Shown piece after piece: positions 48,323-58,500 of a stretch of DNA of 62,430 nucleotides. The notes beneath the pieces are model-generated. The model saw nothing but the letters and a program-made list of their open reading frames with translations. It did not search any database and was not told where the DNA came from. Where the stretch lies: the NCBI GenBank assembly GCA_903836265.1, contig CAILQK010000258.1, forward strand, positions 1 to 62,430, written 5' to 3'. A program made the translations under genes and the position numbers. Source of the DNA: an uncultured Bacteroidota bacterium (GTDB lineage: Bacteria > Bacteroidota > Bacteroidia > Chitinophagales > Saprospiraceae). The first letter of the stretch is position 1. Every line of letters begins with the position of its first letter.

Positions 48323-49375
48323 TCAGAAACTCAGGGAGGAAAATACCGGGTAGTGATCGGAGAAGGATCCGGCCCTCACCACCTTGCAGGAATGTGTGGA
48401 AATACTTCTTTCAGTCAGGATATAGTCAATCCGGAGAAGCGGCAATGCGCCAGCGAAAGTGGTACCGATGCCGAACCCCTTTTCCCGCCAGGTGTCGGTA
48501 AATCCGTCTGACAGCAGAGAATAGACGTATGAGCTCGGGGTATCATTGAAATCTCCGCAGAGAATAACAGGTATTTTGCAGGCATTGATGTGTTCCCGCA
48601 GCCTGCGCGCCTGTTGCGCCCGCCTTGCGGTAGCCAACCCCACCCTGTCGAGTACAAATCCTATGTCATGCCAGGTTTCTTCTTCATCGAGTTCTCCGCT
48701 CTGAATGACCCTGGTTGTTGTACCCGTTACGCGGTTTGACTGCAGATGTGCATTGTAAACACGTACCAGCCTCTTTCTGGATACACGGATATCTGCCCAG
48801 ATGACAGAGTTGTATGCCTTTTCGAAAGCCACCTCTCCGGAGGCTTCTATGGGGAACCGGCTCAGTATAACAGTACCTTTTTTCAGGTTGAATGAATACG
48901 GGTAACCCATTTTTTCAGCCAGCTGGCGATAAAATTTCACGCCGGTTTCCTGGGTACAGAGCACATCGGGGAAGCCATTCTCCTGAAGCATCTTTGCGTA
49001 TGCCGATATACGTTCCTCGCGCCACTGTGCACCCGTGTTTTTTCCGGGGTAAACACCACCCAGATTGTGGGTGGCAACTGTGATGGCTCTCTCCGGCACG
49101 TGATTGCTTTCGTAGTCAATACCGATAAATCCGGTGATATGCTGAATTCCGAAGACGAGAATACCGACGTGATACAGGGCAAACCTGTTGAAATCCCATA
49201 CCCAGAAGAGCAGAAGCAGGATATTGAAAATCAGAAGCCAGGGAAATGCCGTACCAAAAAACGCCAGCCACTGGAAAGCAGAGGGATCCACCAGCGGACA
49301 TATATACGAGAATAGCGTGAGCAACATCGTCACGGCACTCGCAATTTTTATGACATATCTTAGCAGGGTCTGCAT
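48323..49375 (-). CDS. endonuclease/exonuclease/phosphatase (EEP) family protein with an N-terminal multi-TM anchor
   Basis: Three hydrophobic helices at the N-terminus. EEP motifs present: VATHNLGG, VLCTQE, ILCGDFNDTP, RIDYIL and SDHYPV. Confidence 0.75.
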   Translation of the reverse strand: MQTLLRYVIKIASAVTMLLTLFSYICPLVDPSAFQWLAFFGTAFPWLLIFNILLLLFWVWDFNRFALYHVGILVFGIQHITGFIGIDYESNHVPERAITVATHNLGGVYPGKNTGAQWREERISAYAKMLQENGFPDVLCTQETGVKFYRQLAEKMGYPYSFNLKKGTVILSRFPIEASGEVAFEKAYNSVIWADIRVSRKRLVRVYNAHLQSNRVTGTTTRVIQSGELDEEETWHDIGFVLDRVGLATARRAQQARRLREHINACKIPVILCGDFNDTPSSYVYSLLSDGFTDTWREKGFGIGTTFAGALPLLRIDYILTERSISTHSCKVVRAGSFSDHYPVFSSLSF

Positions 49376-49383
49376 TTACAGGG

Positions 49384-50298
49384 TTATTTCTGACTTGCCT
49401 GATACAGGAACTCCTTCTCTTCGGGTGTCAGGCTTTCGTAACCGCTCTGTTTAATCTTGTCCAGAATAGCATCCAGGCGTTCCTGATAGCCCTGTTCCCT
49501 TGTCGGCGGCGGGGCTTTTGGAGTCTCACGCACGTAAGTGGCCTTCATGGGCCCCGGCTTTCTGCTTTTCTTCTGATACCGGCTTCGGCCTGAAAACAGG
49601 CCTTCAATCCAGGCAATTGCGCGGTCAACAGGTTCTGTCCAGTCTTTGCCATCGCGCAACTGATATACAAAGGCGCAGCCCAGCAGAAAACCTGCGATGT
49701 GAGCAATAGGCCCCCCGGAACTGTAGCTGCCTGCCACGGCAGTCAGATCGAGCAGCAGTTGCACCAGAACGATATACTTCACCTTCACATTACCCAGCAG
49801 GAGGAGACTCACGCGGTAATCGGGCGCAAGTATGAGCGTGGCGCCACCCAGAGCCATCACCGCACCGGAGGCACCGAGTGCATAACCGGCAGGAATGATA
49901 CCGAGCATGGCAGATACGATGAAGAAGAGCGCGCCGGTGAGTCCGCCAAGAATATACAGCGGGAGAATCCGGCGGTCGCCGATCAGATCACTGACAATAC
50001 GGGCAAACAGATGCAGAAAGAGGAGGTTACTGATCAGATGCCACAGATTGTCGTGCAGGAAAATATGTGTAAAAAGCGACCAGGGCTGTATCAGCAGCCG
50101 CATGGGATCTCCGGGCACACAAAAATAGTGCAGTACCGTGGAGTAGGCCGAGTCCGGATTTCCCATCGTAAATCCGCCAAGAACGAGGAAAAGCAGTTTT
50201 GTGAGAACAAATACAGCAAAATTGACCACAATCAGTTTTGTGGCCATATCGCCTGTTCGCATGGAATATTTCAGGTCGTCCCAGATGGAGTTAAGCAT
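49384..50298 (-). CDS. rhomboid family intramembrane serine protease (long form, C-terminal cytoplasmic tail)
   Basis: HIFLHDNLWHLISNL (HxxxN), GASGAVMAL (GxSG) and AHIAGFLLG (catalytic His) are present. Confidence 0.8.
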   Translation of the reverse strand: MLNSIWDDLKYSMRTGDMATKLIVVNFAVFVLTKLLFLVLGGFTMGNPDSAYSTVLHYFCVPGDPMRLLIQPWSLFTHIFLHDNLWHLISNLLFLHLFARIVSDLIGDRRILPLYILGGLTGALFFIVSAMLGIIPAGYALGASGAVMALGGATLILAPDYRVSLLLLGNVKVKYIVLVQLLLDLTAVAGSYSSGGPIAHIAGFLLGCAFVYQLRDGKDWTEPVDRAIAWIEGLFSGRSRYQKKSRKPGPMKATYVRETPKAPPPTREQGYQERLDAILDKIKQSGYESLTPEEKEFLYQASQK

Positions 50299-50336
50299 GG
50301 CGTGAATACGTTGACTTTAGTAATCATTTTCTGGAT

Positions 50337-51005
50337 TCAGAAGTAATTTCGGCGGTTTCTGTGCCAGTAAAGAATCAGAAACAGTCCGAAAACAGCACCG
50401 CCGAGGTGTGCGAAGTGCGCAATACCGGTTTGGTACCCGCTCACGCCATACACCAGTTCGAGTACAGCAATGACAGGCACAAAAAACTTGGCGCGCATGG
50501 CAACCGGAGGAAAGAGCAGGCGGATTTCCTGTTCGGGGAAGGTCATGGCGAATGCAACGAGAATGCCGAATACTGCTCCGGAAGCGCCCAGGGAGGATCC
50601 GTTCCAGGTTGTCGGATCAATTCCTGCCGACGAGAGCTCCCACCATTGCACGGCATTCTGGGTTATATAGGCGCCAATACCACAGAAAAGGTAGAAGAAA
50701 AGAAAGCGTTTGGGCCCCCAGACCATTTCCATCATGGTGCCGAACCAGTAGATGGACAGCATATTGAACAGCAGGTGGGGAAGACTGCCGTGCATGAACA
50801 TGTGCGTGAAAATCTGGTAGGGCTGAAAGTGCGGCGACCCCGGAAGAAAGGCTGCGAGATGCAGACGGCCCAGCGTTGAATAATCCATGGATGCACTGTT
50901 GAACACCTCTTCGCCCAAAATGACATACGAGCCGGCGAACATCAGCACATTGATGATGACGAGATGTTTGACTACACCCTGAAAAGGAATTCCCGAGAAG
51001 AACAT
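50337..51005 (-). CDS. rhomboid family intramembrane serine protease (GlpG-like, short form)
   Basis: HMFMHGSLPHLLFNM, GASGAVFGIL and AHLGGAVFG are present. Confidence 0.85.
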   Translation of the reverse strand: MFFSGIPFQGVVKHLVIINVLMFAGSYVILGEEVFNSASMDYSTLGRLHLAAFLPGSPHFQPYQIFTHMFMHGSLPHLLFNMLSIYWFGTMMEMVWGPKRFLFFYLFCGIGAYITQNAVQWWELSSAGIDPTTWNGSSLGASGAVFGILVAFAMTFPEQEIRLLFPPVAMRAKFFVPVIAVLELVYGVSGYQTGIAHFAHLGGAVFGLFLILYWHRNRRNYF

Positions 51006-51023
51006 AAATTGATTTGATGTTGG

Positions 51024-52886
51024 TTATCCGAATTGTTTTCGCACCTCTTCCAGATCATGCTGAATGAATATTTTTTTCCCCGACGGACAGGCGAACGGTA
51101 CAGAACAGGCAAAAAGCTGGTCTATCAGTTCGCGCATTTCACTGACGGCAAGCAGTCGTCCCCTTTTGACGGAGGTGTTCCTGGCCATGGCTGCTGCAAG
51201 TCTTTTTCGTTCGTTCAGTTCCATCTGCATGTTGTTGCGGTACAGATCGAGCAGATTGCCAATCAGTACCTCTTCCGGAATTTGCTGGTCGAGATCGGCG
51301 GGCACACCGTGAACAACGAAGGTATTTCCGCCGAAAAAAGCCAGTTCAAATCCCAGTGTATTCACGTCGTCGAGGATATCACGCAGGAGCGCGGCATCGG
51401 CCGGCGACAGTTCAATTGTCTTCGGAAAGAGCAGCTTCTGAATGGCAACAGGCTGATTTTCAAGTGCATCAAGATATCTTTCGTATAAAATACGCTCGCT
51501 GGCAGCCTGCTGGTCAATCAGCAGGAAACCCGATTTGATATGGCTGACGATAAACTGTCCGTGAATCTGGTACGGCTCCTTCTGCACCCCGGAGAAGTGT
51601 TCATTGGCGTCGTCCATTTCGAGCACCTCCACTGAGGAAAAATTGCCGGAGCCCTCGGGGGGGGCGGAACTGATGTCCGACCCGTCGTCGGGTACCAGTT
51701 CCGTGACAGGAATACCCATACCTTCATAGAGGCGCTGCCAGTTGCGAAGATTGTCATCGTGTCGCCGGCTGTCTGGCGCAAACGACTCAGGCGGCCTGTA
51801 GGCGGAGCTGCCGGTTGATACGGGTGGCTGATAGGAAGATGCCGAAGGGAACGCCTGAAAGGCCGGCTCCTGCTCGAAATCAAGCGTGGGGGTAACATTA
51901 TTGGCACCCAGCGCGTGTTTTACTGCTACTTTAAGGTAATTGTAAACCAGGCGTTCATCGTCAAACTTGATTTCCTGTTTGGTAGGGTGAACATTGATAT
52001 CAATACTTCCGGGATCAATTTCCAGCGAAAGCACATAAAGCGGATGATGATCGTCGGGAATCAGACTTTCATAGGCCGCCACTACGGCGTGGTGCAGGTA
52101 ACTGCTCTTTATGTAGCGTTTGTTGACAAAAAAGAACTGTTCGCCTCTGTTTTTTTTGTGATAGTCGGGTTTCCCGACAAATCCCGCAATTTTGAGGATA
52201 TCAGTTTCCTCCTGTACCGGAACCAGTTTTTTATTCACCGCGTCACCGAAAATCTTGACGATCCGCTGTCTCAGATTTCCGGAGGGCAGGTGAAATATCT
52301 CGGTATCATTCTGGTGCATGGTGAAGTGAATGTCAGGGTTGGCCATCGCAACACGCTGAAATTCATCAATGATATGGCGCATTTCCACAGCATCCGCCTT
52401 CAGGAAGTTTCTCCGCGCCGGCACATTATAAAAGAGATTTTTAACAGCGATACTGGTACCCTGAGGGGCCTGACACGCCTCCTGTACGCGAACTGTCGAA
52501 TCTTCCACAACCAGTCGCACACCCAGCTCGTCGGTATAGCGACGGGTGCGCATCTCCACCTGGGCCACTGCAGCGATAGAAGCAAGCGCCTCGCCCCGGA
52601 ACCCCATCGTGCGAATGGCAAACAGGTCGCGCGCATCCCGTATTTTGGAGGTAGCATGCCTTTCGAAACTCATGCGGGCATCCGTTTCAGACATGCCGCA
52701 GCCATTGTCCATGACCTGAACCAGCGTCTTGCCGGCGTCTCTGACAATCAGTCTGATCTGGGTGGCTCCGGCATCAATCGCATTCTCCATGAGCTCTTTG
52801 ACCACAGATGCCGGACGCTGCACGACCTCGCCCGCAGCGATCTGGTTTGCTACATTTTCAGGTAAAAGTTGGATGACATCAGCCAT
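51024..52886 (-). CDS. mutL: DNA mismatch repair protein MutL
   Basis: The N-terminus IQLLPENVANQIAAGEVVQRPASVVKELMENAIDAG marks the GHKL ATPase. The C-terminal dimerisation domain has a variant endonuclease motif, DQQAASERILYE. Confidence 0.9.
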   Translation of the reverse strand: MADVIQLLPENVANQIAAGEVVQRPASVVKELMENAIDAGATQIRLIVRDAGKTLVQVMDNGCGMSETDARMSFERHATSKIRDARDLFAIRTMGFRGEALASIAAVAQVEMRTRRYTDELGVRLVVEDSTVRVQEACQAPQGTSIAVKNLFYNVPARRNFLKADAVEMRHIIDEFQRVAMANPDIHFTMHQNDTEIFHLPSGNLRQRIVKIFGDAVNKKLVPVQEETDILKIAGFVGKPDYHKKNRGEQFFFVNKRYIKSSYLHHAVVAAYESLIPDDHHPLYVLSLEIDPGSIDINVHPTKQEIKFDDERLVYNYLKVAVKHALGANNVTPTLDFEQEPAFQAFPSASSYQPPVSTGSSAYRPPESFAPDSRRHDDNLRNWQRLYEGMGIPVTELVPDDGSDISSAPPEGSGNFSSVEVLEMDDANEHFSGVQKEPYQIHGQFIVSHIKSGFLLIDQQAASERILYERYLDALENQPVAIQKLLFPKTIELSPADAALLRDILDDVNTLGFELAFFGGNTFVVHGVPADLDQQIPEEVLIGNLLDLYRNNMQMELNERKRLAAAMARNTSVKRGRLLAVSEMRELIDQLFACSVPFACPSGKKIFIQHDLEEVRKQFG

Positions 52887-53042
52887 AGAAGAGCCTGTGA
52901 AAGTCTTGATGAACAGGCAAAGATACGGGATGATTTCAGTGAATCAGCCCCTGCGACAGGCTATTTGCAGCACCAATCTTTATATTTATTATGTATTGTG
53001 TAAAAAAAGAGGAAAAGAGCCACATTCTTCTGCCCTCTTTTA

Positions 53043-53050
53043 TACTTTTG
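53043..53050 (+). promoter_or_regulatory. candidate -7 box (TACTTTTG)
   Basis: Matches TAnnTTTG and lies about 36 nt upstream of the ATG at 53086. Confidence 0.3.
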
Positions 53051-53085
53051 CGGCTCAATTGCATCAAACAATTCAGCACAGAAAA

Positions 53086-53217
53086 ATGGAAAATATTCAG
53101 AATACGCGTGGTAAGGGCTACTGCATCCTGTATATTATCATGGGGTTGTTCTTCCTGATCTCCCTCATACTCATGCTTTACAACCGCAGCGGCGTACTCG
53201 AGTTCCCGAAGCTTTGA
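53086..53217 (+). CDS. possible 43-aa single-TM small protein
   Basis: MENIQNTRGKGYCILYIIMGLFFLISLILMLYNRSGVLEFPKL has one hydrophobic helix. Its stop overlaps the TTG start of the downstream HAD gene. There is no independent support. Confidence 0.25.
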   Translation: MENIQNTRGKGYCILYIIMGLFFLISLILMLYNRSGVLEFPKL

Positions 53218-53885
53218 GCCAGATAAAACACATTCTGTTCGATAACGACGGGACGATTGTCGACTCCGAGGTCATTGCCCAGCGCACCATGCTCCGCCTG
53301 ATGGCAGAACACAACTTCGTCATGAGTGAGCAGGAGTACAGTCATCGGTTTCCCGGACTGTTGGGCAGGGATATACTCCGGATTCTCAAAGATGATCACG
53401 GCTTCAATGCTCCCGCCGATTTCATGCAACGGATGCACGGTGAGTACTCCATCAGTTTCACCAACAAACTGAAAATCATTCCCGGCATGTGGGGGCTGTT
53501 CAGAAATCTGAAGGTACCCAAGAGTATTGTCTCCAACGGCAGTGTCAGGCATGTCGAATTCTGTCTTCGCCAGGTCCGCCTGTTGTCGGCCCTGGATGGC
53601 CGTATATTTTCTGCCGAACAGGTACGCAACCCGAAACCGCATCCTGACGTATATACATACGCACTGGAGCAACTTGGCCTGAAGTCTCAGGAGGCCCTGG
53701 CCGTTGAGGACAGTCCGACGGGTGTCAAGGCTGCCAAAGATGCCGGATTGTTCACGGTTGGTTTCCTGGGAGCGGCCCATGTCCACGATGGGCACGAGCG
53801 CAAGCTGAAGGCGGCCGGCGCTGATATTATTGCGGCTGACTCGAAGCAGTTGGCCCGATTTTTGAAGGACAAATATCTGATTTGA
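53214..53885 (+). CDS. HAD-IA family hydrolase (beta-phosphoglucomutase/phosphatase-like)
   Basis: Motif I is LFDNDGTIVDSE. VSNGS and EDSPTGVKAAKDAG are also present. The start codon is TTG. Confidence 0.8.
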   Translation: MSQIKHILFDNDGTIVDSEVIAQRTMLRLMAEHNFVMSEQEYSHRFPGLLGRDILRILKDDHGFNAPADFMQRMHGEYSISFTNKLKIIPGMWGLFRNLKVPKSIVSNGSVRHVEFCLRQVRLLSALDGRIFSAEQVRNPKPHPDVYTYALEQLGLKSQEALAVEDSPTGVKAAKDAGLFTVGFLGAAHVHDGHERKLKAAGADIIAADSKQLARFLKDKYLI

Positions 53886-53961
53886 CAGATGTTGCCACTG
53901 ATTTGAAACATTCTGAGCCCAGCTCTGTTAATAAAGAAGTTTTCATTTGGTTTTTTGGGGT

Positions 53962-54990
53962 TTATTGGTCGCCAGGACGTGTAATTACGCTTCTGGCGGC
54001 TTTTTTTTCGGCCAAATGGGCTACTGCAAACGACGTGACAGCTGCTGCAACTGCCCAAAACCAGAGCGGGGCATCAATCAGGCGCGACCCGACAGCCTTC
54101 ACTCCCCGGTAAACCAGCGGATGAAGTAGATACAGAGCGTAGGAAACATCACCCAGCCATGCCAGTATCCGGCCTGAAATCCCCGGAAGTTTTCCGGTGC
54201 CGAATATCCATCCTGTAACGGCCACTACTGTACTGGCGGAGAGCACGACCATACTCGTCCCGGTGACAAGCAACCGTGGATCATTTCCTGTGGGCATTAA
54301 AAAAAATACTGTTATGCCCGCCAGCAGCAATAATCTCCAGTACTTTCGGGGAATCACCTTAAGGTTCCCGGAGAACACCGAAAGCCCTGCCCCGGTAATA
54401 AAAAACCATGCATGACCAGGCGCCTGCACGTAAAAGGGCCACCATACCGCCTGTGAAGTGCCGGCTGCCGAAAACGGCGGGAAGAAGGCGCGGGCCAGAC
54501 CAAAGGCAACAGCGGCCATCCAGAGAAGCAGAAAAATCCACTTCTTCCGCTCTCCTGTCCAGAGAAGCAGCGGAAAGAAGCAATAATAAACCAGTTCGCA
54601 CCCGATTGACCAGGCGCCGGTGGCAATATCGGCCGATGCATCGGCAAACCCGAACAGGCCAGTGAGGTTGAGCAAAATTGTTTGCCAGCTTCTGGAGTGT
54701 TCATCAATGGCCAGCGTTGCAATGGTGGCCAGCCAGAGCATCGGAAAAATGCGTCTTGTTCTCCGAAGTGCGAATGATTTCCACGCGTGCGGGAGCGTAC
54801 CTGCATATCTGTGAGCGAGCGCCATTCCACTGATAACAAAAAATGACGATACGGCATAGACCCCGAGTTTACCCTGGGGAGTATCGGCATTCCAGGTTCC
54901 GGTTGTCCACTTGTCGTAATGGAATACCAGTACCGCCAGTGCCATCAGCCCGCGGAGATAATCGAGCTGAATCAGTCGGTCACGTTCCAC
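53962..54990 (-). CDS. acyltransferase family 3 integral membrane O-acyltransferase
   Basis: The N-terminus LDYLRGLMALAVLVFHY is typical, and about 10 hydrophobic helices follow. The GTG start overlaps the upstream HAD gene by 19 nt. Confidence 0.8.
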   Translation of the reverse strand: MERDRLIQLDYLRGLMALAVLVFHYDKWTTGTWNADTPQGKLGVYAVSSFFVISGMALAHRYAGTLPHAWKSFALRRTRRIFPMLWLATIATLAIDEHSRSWQTILLNLTGLFGFADASADIATGAWSIGCELVYYCFFPLLLWTGERKKWIFLLLWMAAVAFGLARAFFPPFSAAGTSQAVWWPFYVQAPGHAWFFITGAGLSVFSGNLKVIPRKYWRLLLLAGITVFFLMPTGNDPRLLVTGTSMVVLSASTVVAVTGWIFGTGKLPGISGRILAWLGDVSYALYLLHPLVYRGVKAVGSRLIDAPLWFWAVAAAVTSFAVAHLAEKKAARSVITRPGDQ

Positions 54991-55586
54991 TGACGGAGCG
55001 TTTCGAGCAACTGGGCGGGACTTTGAAAATGAATTCCGTGAATCCCGTGATCTTCGGCGGCACTGACGTTGTGCAGGTTGTCATCAATAAAAACTGCATG
55101 TTGCGGTGTTACTCCGTACCTGTCGAGGAGGAGTTGATAGATATCCGGGAATGGCTTTCGGGTACCTTCATCGCCTGAAACGACAATACCCTCAAACCAG
55201 TGGAGAAAGTCATACCGGCCGAGCGCCACCGGGAAAGTTTCACCGCTCCAGTTGGTGAGTGCCAGCAGCCGTTGTTTTTTCTGATCCCGGAGGCTGCGCA
55301 GAATATCAACCGTGTCGTGAATTGGTCCGCCGAGCATATCTTCCCACCTGTCATAATAAGTGCGAATTTCCATTTCCCAGTCGGGGAACTCGCGTACCAG
55401 CAGGTCTGTTGCCACGGCCAGCGGGCGTCCGGCATCCTGTTCAATGTTCCAGTCGTGAGTGCAGATATTCCGGAAGAAATAGTCTCTGCGATCACTGTCA
55501 GGGATAACCTCCCGGAAAACATACTCGGGGTTCCAGTCAATGAGCACGCCGCCGAGGTCGAAGATAATGGTGTTGATCTGTTTCAT
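54972..55586 (-). CDS. HAD family phosphatase, YihX-like (DxG variant of motif I)
   Basis: IIFDLGGVLIDW, LTNWS and FIDDNLHNVSAAEDHG are present. Its ATG overlaps the stop of the upstream 1013-aa gene (ATGA). Confidence 0.75.
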   Translation of the reverse strand: MKQINTIIFDLGGVLIDWNPEYVFREVIPDSDRRDYFFRNICTHDWNIEQDAGRPLAVATDLLVREFPDWEMEIRTYYDRWEDMLGGPIHDTVDILRSLRDQKKQRLLALTNWSGETFPVALGRYDFLHWFEGIVVSGDEGTRKPFPDIYQLLLDRYGVTPQHAVFIDDNLHNVSAAEDHGIHGIHFQSPAQLLETLRQWNVTD

Positions 55587-58500
55587 ATTATTTTGCCTGT
55601 TTCCCTGAGTACACGCTGCATTTCGCTGTACTGATTGTCGAGCAGCCGCTTCAGGTCGTACCGTTCAAATTTAAGGTTGAAGTGATACTTGTGATTTTCG
55701 TGATGGTCTGTGTTGGTTGGGATAAAGCCCAGGAAAGGAGCGTTCCAGCGGATCCTGCGTTTGCCGGCCTTGTCGTACAGTTCATCCCAGGGAATCTCGA
55801 GGTATTCGGCCTTGGGGTAATAAAGATAAATACCCTTTAAATTCCGGATGATATCAATAGCGATTTTCCGCTCCGGCTCGAGATTCTCGTCGGCAAATTC
55901 GCTGATTTCCCGGTGATACAGCCTTACCTGATCGGAGTACCTTCTGTCAGCAATTCGCTCCCTGGCCCCGGCGAGATCGTAAAGAGCAGGTTGCGCGGCA
56001 TGCAGCGCCCTCAGAACGGCGATGGCATCGAAACCTGACGGACTTGTATTGTAATCTTTACCGTTTTCGGATATATCTATCCAGTCGAACTTGACTTCTT
56101 CTGTCAGTTCACGCCATACGAGGTCCAGATAACGAGTATCAGGATACAGTTTATAATTACTGACAGCTTCGTACAGGAGCAGTTCCACATCGGTTCGACG
56201 CCCGTTTTCTCCTCTTTTGATTTTTTCATATTCAGGAAGAATCCGTTTGTGAAAAAGATTGATGGCAATCTGTGCTCTGATATCTTCCTCGGTGACGGGC
56301 ACTCCGGCCGCCTGCATGGTATCGAGAATATACTTCAGTGCCCCGTGAGCATCAAACCCCAGAGCCAGGCTGTCGGGATCCGCTGCAAGTGTGTGCGGAT
56401 TATGAGCCAGCCATGTAAGCAGTCCGTCGCCCGTAAGTTCCCTGAGAGCCTCTTCCAGAAAAACCATTCCTCTTTCCGGGCGTGCCTTTTGTGCGATAAC
56501 ACGCCTTTTCAGACAATCAATCAGGATTCTGCGCGCATCGAGCCGGTTCATTTGCCTGAAATCAGTGAAAGAAAGGCCTTTGACTGCCTTTTCATAGTTC
56601 TTTTCAGTATCGCGGATGAACTCAAGATAAACAGTTTCATGCAGATTTGGCTGAATTTTCAGCCAGGCATGTTCTCCTGCGGCATCACTGACAATCTTGT
56701 GTACAATTCCGTACGCGTCGAAGTCACAGGCAGCACATTCGGGACAAGGAATCAGGTTGCCGTTGTCATCGAGGGTAAACCACCTGACTGTTGCCACTTC
56801 CGACTCCGGCGGAACGTTGAGAAGACCGGGGAGCAGATACTCGAGCGCCAGACGATAAAACGAGTTCCCGTGACCGAGCGGATCCGTATCTCCGAATACA
56901 TGGGCTCCCAGCAGGCAGGCATAAGTAAACCTCACCACCGATTCCCGCACATCCGTGAAAGGCCTGCTTCTTCTTTCATCTTCTGCCAGCTGATTCCTGA
57001 GCGCCTGTCTTTTGGCAAGCAGGCTGTAGAACAGGTCTTCCCGAAGCATTGCCCTGCTTTTGACCACCTTGCCGGCTGTTTCCTGCTCCATACTCTCGAG
57101 CATATAGAGAAGTTCCTGAATTTCCCCCAGCAGATCGTGGCGTCCGAGCGGAGTAAACTGAAAGTGGCCATCCACTACCGACACCTTCTGAAGCCAGCTG
57201 TATTTGCCACCGCCACACGATTCAATAACTGCGACCTCAATGAGTTCTTCTGAAGGATGGACAATACGGCAGACCTTCAGTGTATTTTCGAGGATAACAC
57301 GCAGTTTCATTCGATTGTCGGGCACCTGCTCAGCATGCTTTCCCGTATGACGGATTGAATCGTTGGGGAGATTGTAATAAAGCCGGAGTGCGGCATCAGA
57401 TATACTTTCGGAGGCGATAGCGAGGTTGTGTCCGGCTGTTGAGGAAGGGCATTTCCCTTTTGTCTGATAATCCCGAAGGCGGCTTGCGAAAAGCAGAATG
57501 TGCTGAAGAACCCGGTCGTTCCCTTCCAGTGCCGTTTCCATGGCTCTGGCCGGAGTTTCCTGCTGGATGCAGGTAATCAGCAGATATTCGTACAACTGGG
57601 CCGACTGGGCGTCTATCTGCCTTCTGACCTGATCGCAAAAAGAGAATGCCAGTACGGGATTTTTCACCGCAAGTGCATCCCTGGCGAGCAGGAGATACCT
57701 GCGAAAATCATTCTGCTGAGCCGGCGAAAGCAGTCCGGCAACTCCTCCGTCTTCGGACGCTGCCGACACCGGTACAATAATATCATCGCCGGGTATGAAG
57801 AATGGCGGCGCCTTGCTCTCGTCGCGGCTGCCGGGAGTGAAGTGGTAGTAGTCTCTGATGAAAATACTCCGCCAGTCGGGATCAAGCTGTTCTTCGGAAA
57901 GACTTTCAACAAGATATCTGAGGTCAGACTGCAGCGGAGCCGCCTCTTTTTCGAGTTCGGTGACCGACACAGCCGACAGGCGCATTTGTTCCCGCAGATG
58001 GCCGAAGGCGTCTTCAATATCGAGCGACAGTCTCCTTGCCGGAACATCCTGGATCAACTTTTTCAGGAGTGCCAGCAGCGGCGCGTGGTTGATACGGTCA
58101 GTCTGGGCCAGCAGGCGTTCTCGCAGATCGGCGACAGTGACCGGCAGTTCAATGTGTCCGGGCGGAACAGCACTGGAATCGGGGGCAGCGTGAATAACCC
58201 GGACAGCATTGACAGCGACGCGCTGAAGTTGCCTGTTGCGGTCAATATCCGGATTTTCAATTGACTCGGGAGCCGGGAGCAGTTCGGGAAACGGCCTCAG
58301 GCGTGCGGGTGTGTCGCATGCGCGGGCGCGGGCAGTGGCTATCTGCAGGGCAGGCCTGACCGGCTGACTTTTCACAGCCACATCATACTCGAACCTGGTT
58401 TCAGACTTGTCCTCATAATTCATGGAAAGCAGCGCGATAAACAGTCCGGCCGATTCGATAAAAGCGGCAGCGCTTGCTCTGTATTCTTCGGGTGGCACCT

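Noticed and set aside
56900-57260. Possible nucleotide-binding or metal-cluster motifs in the TIR-like protein: GGGKYS, and CPECAAC further downstream.
   Set aside because: GGGKYS does not fit Walker A (GxxxxGK[ST]). The single CxxCxxC has no further Cys context for an Fe-S or zinc-ribbon assignment. Neither was used for annotation.
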